In this document: piece by piece, positions 28,301 through 40,300 of the stretch | Layout: every line of letters starts with the position of its first letter | How positions within the stretch are numbered: the first letter of the stretch is position 1 | Assembly (NCBI GenBank): GCA_002633005.1 | Contig: NMRA01000026.1 | Location: 676,434-740,433 of the forward strand | Length of the DNA stretch: 64,000 nucleotides | From: Phoronis australis | Taxonomy: Eukaryota; Animalia; Phoronida | Direction of reading: 5' to 3' | Program-made: the position numbers and the translations under genes | The notes under the pieces: generated by a model | Seen by the model: the letters and a program-made list of their open reading frames with translations, nothing else | What the model was told of the DNA's origin: nothing | Databases searched by the model: none

Positions 28301-31300
28301 AAAACTGCACCCCCTAAAATTGATTATTTGTCTCTGGGTAAGTCAGTATTTGAAAAATATAGAACTGATGACGTCGGCAATTATTTTTGTGTTAAATATC
28401 CAGGCCTGAAAGATTACAATTATACCAAACTCACAACACTTCAGTGATTAGGTCACAGACACTATAGCATTCAGTTTAAGTGCACAGACATTTAATGTCA
28501 AACTCCGGAGACCTGTTGATTTGACGTAGACGGAGACAACTTCACGTTACATTTGTGACCGGACATTTTCCTGCAAAACACTTCACCAAATTTCTTATTG
28601 AACGCGCAATAGATGCAAAAGTTCAGCGAAAATGTCATCATTTCCATACAGTTTGACGCAAGTCGGTATATTTGGTACGCCGGTGACGTCAAGGTGCTGT
28701 CGTTGAATACCACGCGTGCGATGGGCGCAGCGGCGAGCACGACTGGTAGGTTACCGAAGAGGAAGAAGATGACGAGTACAATTAGCATCACCGTGAGGCG
28801 CCTCTGTAGCTTACTTCGGGCATTGTTCTTATTATGCTGGGATAACGTGTTAACCCGTGACGGCGGCTTCCTGACTTCTAAAATGAGTAGGACGCTAAGA
28901 ACTATGAGAAGAATGAGAGACACGTAGGTGACCAAGACAGCCTTCAGCCACGTTTGTGCGATGATCACATGGTATAGCACTGTCCTGGCATCGCTGAAAC
29001 GTTCCAGTTGAAAACAGTCGTTGATCCTAAACATGAAAAAATGGTGATAATTTATCGCCACCCCACACACGGATAGGATAAGTATAACTTTGCGCGCGTT
29101 TTTCACCGTACAGTGTTTCTTGCTGATTACGGGATACTTAATGAACACTAGTCGCTCGGCAGCCAGGGCTACCGTGAGCCACACACTTACTGTTCCACTC
29201 ATGTTGTTGAAAGGCAAATACACGTAGATTTCATACACCCTTCTCCAGTAGTTGGACGGGGTGGGAATGTAGCACCATTCGCAGCGCGACAGTCCAATGA
29301 AAGCCAGAATGACGAGCGTTACCATGTCGCTGATGGTCAACGCCCTCATATATGTGTACGTCGACAGTGAGAACGCCTTGTCTGACAACACGATCAGGTT
29401 AAAAGTATTACACAGCACTCCTATGCCACAAATACATGGATACACGTAACTGTAGACGATGTATTCCTCCTCCAGTAACACTGTGGCATTGCAGCTCTTG
29501 TTCATGGTCATAAGTCTGCACCGTAGGGTTTGCCTGTTGCTCCTGCTACATGAGTTTCATACACGACTTTACCAAGTTCAGTACTCTGATTTTCAAGATG
29601 TTTGTCCCACTTATTTCATTAGAGGCTCTGTCTCCATAAACGGTTCGTTGGATCGGCTCGATTTGCCACTGAATTTCAACTTTGGTTTCAAATGGATTCT
29701 CGGCTTTTCAAGATATTCAGCCTGGCGTCTTATGATTGGATACTTTTTGTCCCCAAACTTTCGGTAGTTTAAGACATAGAATAGCACTCTTGCAATGGTC
29801 TTGAGGCTTTTTGCAGATTCAGATGTACGTATTCTCTAATGAACACAGTTATTCAAAAATCACTTGTCTAGTTGTGGTCACTAGTCAACCTCTGTTACAT
29901 GTAATCTACTCCCGTTAATTTAATACTTCCTCTACGCGTGATGATTCGACGATTCTGTTCACGGTAAATAAACTATATTGCTTTCTAGTGGACCATTAAA
30001 CCCAGCAAGCAAACATAATCATATTTATGGCGTTTACTATTTATCAAAGTAAGCACTATTTTATCATTTGATTACGTTTGTTTGCCTGAATGGATGTTAA
30101 TCGCATTGTGTCTTTAATCTATGTGTTTCCTGCTTTGCTTCATCACGCTTAACAAGCATGCTAAAAGGATTAATTTAGTCTGACCACATCCTTTCCTGGT
30201 CATATTTTAAGTGAAAAACTATGTTTTGATTATTTTACCTTCCAAGTTTGATTAACATTTAATAACAGAGTGTTTATCACGCACCTGTTATCAACTAACG
30301 TGTGCTTGATGTTAGGTATTACAAGTCTGTGGACTTAAGCAAATACTATCTACAAAACTATAAGGTTTAACTCATTGAAGGAGTATATTTCTAAAAATTG
30401 GAAGCCTGTAAAGTTTCGTTTTTGACTTTTTATCAATCTGCCAGTAACTGGGTCACTGCATATCTTAAAATTAATACAGTTTAACAACATTGATGGCAAA
30501 GTTACGATATCAATATCAAAAATAGAATTTTTATGATTTTTCTAAAAAAATGGAAAGTTATGTAAAAAAACTAAGTGTTAATTTCGAAATCTGTAACAGC
30601 ATATTTTAAGATTTCTTCTTAAACATTCATGATCGTTTTTTGTTTGATGGTGAATGTTCAAGAAGAAAAATGCTGTTACTAATTTCTAAATTTACATTTC
30701 ATTTTTCATTGAACTTTTGAGTTTTTTATGAAAGTCATAACAATGTTTGATAGCTACTCATGCAAAAGTGGAAATTTTAAAAAACTAATCCTAACAGTAT
30801 TTTTGAGAACATGCACAAAGCATTGTATACAAAAGTTGCAGTGAATCCTTTTTGCCATTTCTGAGAACTGGTGTTCCAAACTTGGACATTTTTCTAGGGT
30901 TATTAACATAACCTTAAATTCAGAGCATTGTTAGCAATGTATTGGGCAATAATTTTCTAAAATCAGGGTAAAATGTCAATTTTAGGACAATTCACTATGC
31001 TGGAATTTGAAGATAAAAAAATCACCAGCTTTCCAAAAATGCAAAGTTTTGAAGCAAATGTCCCCTGACTCCAGAAAAGTGTCCAAACTTGGCTAACTTC
31101 TAAAAATCGTATCTCAGACATGGCTGATCAGAATTACGTGAATTATTCAGGTATGGGGCTTTATGCAAGGTTCTCAAAAAAGGTATTGGGAGTGGTCTCA
31201 CTTTTGCAGGAGGGGCTAACGGAAAAAATAATGAAGGAAAAAATAAAAAGTTATATTATATGAAAAACTCTAAGAGCGTTTTTGAGATTTCTTCTTAAAC

Positions 31301-34300
31301 AATCCCATTCATCTCAAATGAGATTTGATTATATCATTGATATTGTTGTTTTGTTGTTTGCCATAAGCACCAAGTCACCTTGGCCATTTAATGACGCATA
31401 ATAAGGAGAAAAATCAAATTCTACAGGCTTTCTACTTTCGTAAATGCATTTACCGAGTTAAAAATGTAATTTTGTACATATTTGGCAAATTATACAGAAT
31501 TATGGACAAAGTCTTACGTAACCTCAATGGGAATAATGCATGTCAACCTTGGACTGTCTTCACTTATTGAATGGTTGGTGTATGAGCTGGTCGTCTGCTT
31601 GCTCATTGTGGTGCATCTTGTCCCATGAAATGGGTAATGCTTTTGTTACGACCATAAACAAACCCAAGGACTGATCTGGAGACAACTTAAGAAGGTGATA
31701 TCACTCAAAGTGTTGTCTGAGTCCGTTTTATTAGTCCTCTTGTTGTGTATGTAAATACACCAATGTCGTTTTTATTCCTGTTTGAGTACAGTTATAAAAC
31801 CGTTCTCCTGAAGTGGCTGTGCAATCAGTTTTGCCTATTACATCTTATGAAATAAATCTCTCAAGGAATGTGTGCAGATGGTTGGTGTAGCTTTCACAGT
31901 TGAAAATCGTTTCGTGAATTTTGAAATTGTGTGACAAGTTTTCTATTTTGAATAATTGAGACATGGATAACTTTCCTTGATTATGTTGGACCGTATCACC
32001 AAGTGTGTACATTTAGCCAAATAATTACAAAGCTGTGGAATTTAACTCGGCTAAGGTTTATGTTTTCTGAAAGAAATTTCCGTAGAATTTAATTTTTGAC
32101 TTCATACCAGTCTGCCACTAATTAGGTCACATGATCTTGCTTTTTTAGGAAAATGTAGCAAAAAATAAAGTACTTACATAAATAGGTACATTCATTTCAA
32201 AATAGCAGAATCAATTAATAAGCAAATTTCGTACGATATAAATGTTCAAAATAAAATACCAGAAATAGCCTTTCATTTTCATTTTAGGCAACTTTAAATT
32301 TTCTTCATAAAAATCATGCAAGTCCTATTTTTTGATAGTCCCTCGTGCAAAATTGAAACATTGAAACATTTTAAAAATAATCTTTACTGTGCTTTAGATA
32401 ATGGTGTGTAAAGCAGAGTATCTGAAAATTTCACGTGACTCCGATCAGCCATTTCTGAGATGCGTTGTTCTGAAGTTGGCCAAACACAAAATGTTACGTA
32501 ATGACTGTCCCAAACTGGAGAATTTTTCCCTATTTCAGTCTAAGAGAATTTCTTAGTATTTACCATTCTCTAGCTAATTTTTTCCGATTGTAATATTAAA
32601 TTTCAACACATTATTTTCATGCTTATGTCGTTAAAGTTCATTATACATTACTTGTGTCACTTATCAAAATCGGACTCGAAAATTGCATGGCACATTTCAA
32701 GAAAACTTACAGATTCGTATTCTAATCATGGGGCTTCATTGATTAAGTTCTGGGTTGGAGTTGAGGTCTGAGTTTGGACCTAAGACCCTGAGCGCTGGTC
32801 TTGTGTTTTCAACATCAGATATTTCTGAGAATGGGGACACTGAGTGTTGTGATATTTTGAGCCTCATGCCTTTTACTGTTATGTTGTCTTACAGAGGTAT
32901 GGTCTAACAAGAGCCAGTAGATTGGCCGAATCAGTGGCACCCTTGGCTCTGTCCTTGATTCCCAGCGTACTGGTAACGGGTCCATACGACGTGCAGACGA
33001 TTGTTTCTCTGCTACGTAGCCAACTAGAGGGCACCAGCTGCAGTACTGAGTACCCATGGATGTCACCCTTAGGTCTGGCCTCTCTCGTGTCAAGTCTCTT
33101 ACTAACAGATGCCGATACATCAAACCAGCAGGTGAGTTGTCTTACATAGACATAATCTCAAGGTCATGGCCTTATTGACAATTTAGTCAAATATCTACCA
33201 AACTATAGATTTTAACTTGGTGAAGGTATAAAATTTTCTGAAAGTTGAAAGTTGTAGAATTTGATTTAAGATTTTTTACAATCATCTGCCATTAATTGAG
33301 TATATTGATAACAAAACAATGGTATGAACATCCATTACTTGAGTATATTGATAACAAAACAATGGTATGAACATCCATTACTTGAGTATATTGATAACAA
33401 AACAATGGTATGAACATCCATTACTTGAGTATATTGATAACAAAACAATGGTATGAACATCCATTACTTGAGTATATTGATAACAAAACAATGGTATGAA
33501 CATCCATTACTTGAGTATATTGATAACAAAACAATGGTATGAACATCCATTACTTGAGTATATTGATAACAAAACAATGGTATGANCAGGGCGTTAACCC
33601 GAACGATTACGGTAGGTCACATGATCTTGCTTTTTTAGGTTTTTTAGGAAAATGTAGCAAAAAATAAATGTAGGTACATTCATTTCAAAATAGCAGAATC
33701 AATTAATGAGCAAATTTCGTACAATATAAATGTTCAAAATCAAATCCCAGAAATAGCATTTCATTTTCATGTTAGGCGACTTTAAATTTTCTTCATAAAA
33801 ATCATGCAAGTCCTATTTTTGATAGTCCCTCGTGCAAAATTGAAACATTGGAACATTTTTAAAATAATCTTTATAGTGCTTTAGATAATGGTGTAAAGCA
33901 TAGTATCTGAAAATTTCACTCCAATCAGCCATTTCTGAGATGCGATGTTCTGAAGTTGGCCAAACACAAAATGTTATTAGTGACTGTCCCAAACTGGAGA
34001 ATTTTTCCTTATTTCAGTCTAATAGAATTTCTTAGTATTTACCATTCTCTAGCTAATTTTTTCCGATTGTAACATTAAATTTCAACACATTATTTTATGC
34101 TTATGTCTTAAGTTCATGCTGGCATTATACATTACTTGTGTCACTTATCAAAATCGGACTCGAAAATTGCATGGCACATTTCAAGAAAACTTACAGATTT
34201 GTTCTCGAATCATGGGGCTTCGTTGGTTAAGTTCTGGGTTGGAGTCGAGGTCTGAGTTGGGAACTAAGACCCTGAGCGCTGGTCTTGTGTTTTCAACATC

Positions 34301-37300
34301 AGATATTTCTGAGAATGGGGACACTGAGTGTTGTGATATTTTGAGCCTCATGCCTTTTACTGTTATGTTGTCTTACAGAGGTATGGTCTAACAAGAGCCA
34401 GTAGATTGGCCGAATCAGTGGCACCCTTGGCTCTGTCTTTGATTCCCAGCGTACTGGTAACGGGTCCATACGACGTGCAGACGATTGTTTCTCTGCTACG
34501 TAGCCAACTAGAGGGCACCGGCTGCAGTACTGAGTACCCATGGATGTCACCCTTAGGTCTGGCCTCTCTCGTGTCAAGTCTCTTACTAACAGAGGCTGAT
34601 ACATCAAACCAACAGGTGAGTTGTCTTACATAGACATAATCTCAAGGTCATGGCCTTATTGACAAATCAGTGTATTTAGTCAAATATTTATAGATTTTAA
34701 CTTGGTGAAGGTATAAATTTTCTGAAAGTAGAAAGTATGTAGAATTTGATTTTAAGATTTTTTACAACCATCTGCCATTAATTGAGTATATTGATAACAA
34801 ACAATGGTATGAACATCCATTAATTGAGTATATTGATAACAAAACAATGGTATGAACATCCATTAATTGAGTATATTGATAACAAAACAATGGTATGAAC
34901 ATCCATTAATTGAGTATATTGATAACAAACAATGGTATGAACATCCATTAATTGAGTATATTGATAACAAAACAATGGTATGAACATCCATTAATTGAGT
35001 ATATTGATAACAAAACAATGGTATGAACATCCATTAATTGAGTATATTGATAACAAAACAGTGGTATGAACATCCATTAATTGAGTATATTGATAACAAA
35101 ACAGTGGTATGAACATCCATTAATTGAGTATATTGATAACAAAACAATGGTATGAACATCGTGATCAAATTTTATTTGAAATATGATGAGACCACAAAAG
35201 TTTTAGTTTTCCAAAATATTTCGCTTTCATACTATGCAATTTAAAGACTGTTCTTCATAAAACTGGTGTATTTTGGTAGCCCCTTTTACAAAAGTGGAAA
35301 GTCCATAAGGAGTAGTATTTCATAGGACTCTGAATTGTTTTTAAAATGTTTTTTTTTGCATCAGGGGCTATCAAAAATAGGACTTTCATTCATATTTATG
35401 AAAAATTGCATAAATGAAAACGAAATGATTGTTTCGAAAACTGTAGTGGCCTGTTTGAGATTTCATCTTAAACGTTTATATCAAATATGAAAGTCAACTT
35501 GTTGATGCCGTTTTTTGTAGTCTCTGGCAATGTAGCTTTCTTTTTTTACTAATTTTTACTAAAACGGTATGGCCGCATGTCCCAATTAATGACTGGTTGT
35601 AAAAAAACAAATTCTTGTGGCAGGCTTTTCGCTTTCAGAAAGCAAAAACTTTTACTGGCAGTTAAAATCTTTAGTTTTGTAGATTTTTGGCTAAATTACA
35701 CACTCGAGTCAATAACATCTTACGTAACCGCAATGAAGTCAACTGGTACTTAGTGGCCTGTCCCTACTCTACTGTATGAGTTGATCTGATCACTGCAGTT
35801 GGGTTCTGGGCAAGTGTGGTAACTGATCTCTAGTCAAATCTTGGTTATGCTACGGGCCAGTGTCAGTTTCTGTGTTGCTAGTTTCAAATGAGTGACGAAA
35901 GTGCTATCAGTATTGCGTTACTGTGGCGACGTGTTTGCCACCATAGGATCATTTTCACCAGCATTTAGTTTTGTCTGGTTACCGCCTGCAGGTGTCATTT
36001 TTAAGGCAGGAATTGATGGCGAGGCAATCCTTTCTCTGCAATAGATTGATTAACAATACCGTTACTCTCTCGCACAGTGGATGTCCTGAGTATCCTGATT
36101 GATTGGTCAGCAGTCTGTGGATACAGCCACCTCGTTATCAGTTTGACGATGGCAAATCAATGTTTACCTTGTCCAGCTTCCTGCTTTCTTCAGATAAGCT
36201 CATGTAATCCAGCAATTATGTTGTAAACAGCGCGCATGACGCTAACCGCATTTAAAAATACTATTTGCAAACCACTTTCAACAAATGTCGTGAAGCAGAT
36301 TGTGTTTTGTTTGAAATATTTTCACCATAAAACTTCAAATGGAGAAAAAAAGGTTGACTTTCAGAGAAATTGGACTTAATTTTCACCTGTTGATTCCTTT
36401 GTGTGACTGTAAGCTCTGACCAGCTTAACCACAGTATTGTATACCAACACAAAAGGCTTGCTTGACAAGTTTAATCAAGCGGGATTCTAGATTAGATCCG
36501 GATAGTGGAAATTTCTTGATTTTTACACTCCAGGAGAATGGTGCATAAAATAGGAGTCCTTCTTCAGCTCATGTGAGTGCTTTGAAGGAAACAGTCCGGC
36601 TATTAAAGTGATAGTGAAGCACCAGCTGTATTTTGGAGCAACTCAAACTGCCAGCAAAATGCCAGCAAGACCGACCGTTGAACTGGCGTTCTCATTACTA
36701 ACAAAAATGTTTGTGAAACTGCTGATATTGTCAAGTATGACCCAGTTGTACTAACTGTTATCTAATATTTGTCATGTAACAAATCAGTTAGTAGGTACAG
36801 TAGTCATGGTTACTGTGCCATGTTTTTTAATGTTCAAACATTATGTGTTGTCAATATCATTTTCATTTTGATCTCAGTGTATTCTTAATGTGTTACAATT
36901 TTCAGATGACTTCCTGTATACAGGCATGTGTTCACCTCTACAAAGATTCATGTTTCAGCAGTGACTTAAGCAGAGTGTATGTATGTTAATTTTCGGTTAA
37001 AAATTTTGCAGTGTACATAATTATTCGCTATACATTTCTGTATAGTAACCACGCATAACTGCGCAGTTGGCACATAACTTTTGAGTTGTTGAAATTTTGT
37101 GTCAAAATTATGTGCGTTTAATATGATCAGAGTCTTTTATTCCAACTTGTTTTCCGTGAAGTAATACGAGAAGAATGGCGATCACCAAACTTTACTCAAG
37201 TCCCTTCAAGACGCATTCAGAAACGAAAACTAAATTCTAGTTGCTATGGAGGTTAATTAAATGTCAGCACATTTTGAAACTTAGTGAAGTTTTCCTGTAA

Positions 37301-40300
37301 AGGAGGTTTGAAAAATGTTATTTTTGTAGGCGGATTTTTCAAATGAAAAAGTGCAGGGTATGTACTTTGTAACTTGAAATTTATCTATTCATGGTGGTTG
37401 TAATTTTAGTGAGGAGGCAGTGTGGTGTAGTGTGATGGTCTCCGCATTCTTTACTCGGTCGTGGGTTTGAGTCCCACTGGGCCACACTGCTAGACCCTTG
37501 AGTCAGGTTTCTAGCTCCTCAGCTCCGTTTTAAATATATATTAATAAAGCACAAAAATATTTCCAGGTGATCAGTGCAATGGGCCCACATGCACGGCCTG
37601 CGCACGTCTGGTACAACGTGTTATTATTATTTTTTAATTGTAATTTTAGTATCTGCCCCAGTGTATAACAAGGTATCAACTTGTGAAGAAAGTGAGGCTT
37701 ATAATAAATTGTACTTTTTATTGAGTACTTTTTCGAGAAAGCCAAGGTAGCAGTCTTAGAGTTTTCAAGTAATTTTGAATTCCCAAATTTGCTTAAGATT
37801 TTACTCATGAATTTTTGGTGGTCACACTTTACCGAGTTCTTTCCAAGATTTTGAGCACTTTGGTTTCATGCGTTTTGGTGGTCTCCAAAACATGTGAGGA
37901 ATTGCTCAGTCGTAATAAATTAATGAAAGGGACTGGGTAAAGTTTAGCCCTGATGCGTGTTTCACGAATGCATTTGTCCTATGGTCTCTGAGCAGACATG
38001 TTCATTAGGCTTGAACTAGCACAATAGGTGGCATTGCTGCATGGTCCTGGACACTTTTATATAGCTTCCGCGACCTTACTGTTATGTTTCAGACCACCTG
38101 GCATGTATACGGGCATGGTTGTGATACTGAGAGCAATGTACCAAGCATCCAGTGGCCCGTATTGTGATACTGTGAAGGATATGAGTCATCAGATGACAGC
38201 TGCTTTACTGCGTGCCAACATCAAGGATGCTTCTGAGGTATTCCTCTGTGTTCTCATACTAAGGGTGCACAATTGACACATCCCGTTTTCAGCTATCCTC
38301 TTTTGCTGAATTTGAAAAACTGACTATATGACTGACCTAGTTTTCCAAAAGTAGGGCCGCTAACACACCTGTGTTAATCCTAGGAACCAGTTAAAGATAC
38401 TGGTTCCTAGGTTAAGCCGAACAAGTGAAGATCGATTTGTCATGCCTCATTTAGCTTTTTGAAAATTTTCCTCACTGCAACTCACCATTAAAGGGTAAAA
38501 CTTTATTGTTGCCAGAATGACAAATGAACTAATTTTGTTATAAAATTGTGATTATCACGACAGCAATGTACATCTGTGGCAGGGGCCTAGAACCCTACAG
38601 CGCACAGCATTGTGGGTAAATACTACAGAATCAGAGAGGTCATTTTGGGACGTAGCTATTATTTAGTTAAATACATAGTTACCAAAAGAAAAATTACCAG
38701 TCCATGGACGAATGATGATGTCTGCGTGTGGTGTGAGTTATTACACTGGTGCTCTCTGTGTGTTTGGTGACAAGTCTGTTTCTTCCAGGGCTTGGAATTT
38801 TCCTATTTTAGAAGATTTCCTCTTTTTTGGTTTTGATATCTTCTTATTTGATTTCCAGTTTCCTCTTAGAATGATATGTCACCTGGAAAATGTTCCTGTT
38901 TTTGTCATTGGACAATACAGGCAGTGTTCTTCTTACAGGAACTCTACGAGTGTACAGCCGCAGTAGTGTCTTTAGCCCTCATCAGTAACATACTTGATGT
39001 GACCAAAGTGAAGGACATTCTCTCACGGCTTGAAAAAGATTACAGTGCAAATCCAAAAGTTGGTACCAGTACGATGTTTCTCAGTCACTAACGAAACATA
39101 CATGCCAGATTTTCCATTAAACTAAATAAACTGCAGCTTAGGGCTTTGTACAAAATAGAGACCCCCTCATCGTCTCCATAGGGGCTTAATCAACGGGTTT
39201 GTTAGGGGGAGATGGAGAGCTAGAAAATTGTAGCGGCTGGGGGTAAACATTTTGGTGACCAGTAATCGGTAGCTCAAAAACGCAGAGGGATTTTAATAGT
39301 CAGGGCCTCCAGACTTTTCATAGCTCAGAGAGCCCGAGAAAACTTTGCACACTATTATGCTCTAGTCAATGCTGATATACACTCCCAAGTAAAACTTAAG
39401 TCGCAACAAACGCCATGTGACTCTAAGGTAACTTGTAAGTTTTTCCGTATGTATGATTCTCTCATTTCTAGTGATGTCCGTTGACACTAGACTTTCTCCC
39501 AACTGTTATGGCTTTAAACAGTTAGTAACTGCAATGTTGATTTAAACGAAGCTGCAAAAATGATTATTTTTCATGGAAATAGTTTCCTGCTGCTGTCCCA
39601 TTGCATCATATTGTATTGTACAGTCTGCAGAATTGTATTGCATTGTATTGTGCAGAATAGTGTAGTGCAGAATTGTATTGTATTGTATTGTATTGTGCAG
39701 GATTGTGTAGTGAAAAATTGTATTGTGTTGTATTGTATTGTGCAAAATTCTATTGCATTGTATTGTGTTTCATAGAATCGAATTTTATTGTATTGCGCAG
39801 CATTCTATTGTATTGTACTGTAAAATTGATATATACACTCGGGTCCTGTTGGAAAGTGGTATTTTCAATCAAGAAGTAACCCACGTTTTGTTTTGTTTAT
39901 TCAGAATACTGGCTTGTGTCTTGCCATCGGACATATCTCGTTGGCATGTGGTAGCCTTAGTTTGCCTGACTTTAACTTGACCAGTGAGAAGTATGAAACA
40001 GAATGGCAGGCTCACATACTAAAGGTACTGTTATGTCTTGAACGCTGCACTGTCTTCTGTGACTATAGAAAGTGATGTTAGATAATTCTCTTTTCTCTAA
40101 AATTTGGTCAATTTTTTCCATAATAATGACTGATTTGGCAAAACATTTACTCATTGGGTGTGAATCTTGATTTAGGAGAAGGCCTTAAAAAGGTCAGTCA
40201 TGTATGAAAACTGGCCATCAACTGTTTGCATGTGAATCCGTGTGACGGCCTGATTTCATGATCACTTGCGTTTTCTCCATTTTGCATATGAATCATGAAA

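Noticed and set aside
32815-34607. Duplicated minus-strand 102-aa ORFs (32815-33123, 34299-34607) as a separate gene pair
   Set aside because: They are antisense shadows of the duplicated FOCAD exon.
33296-35160. 43-bp repeats as a CRISPR array
   Set aside because: Units are contiguous with no unique spacers, there are no cas genes, and the context is a eukaryotic intron.
39542-39980. Cys/Tyr-rich short ORFs
   Set aside because: They derive from the (ATTGT)n repeat; only 39905-40024 is a real exon.
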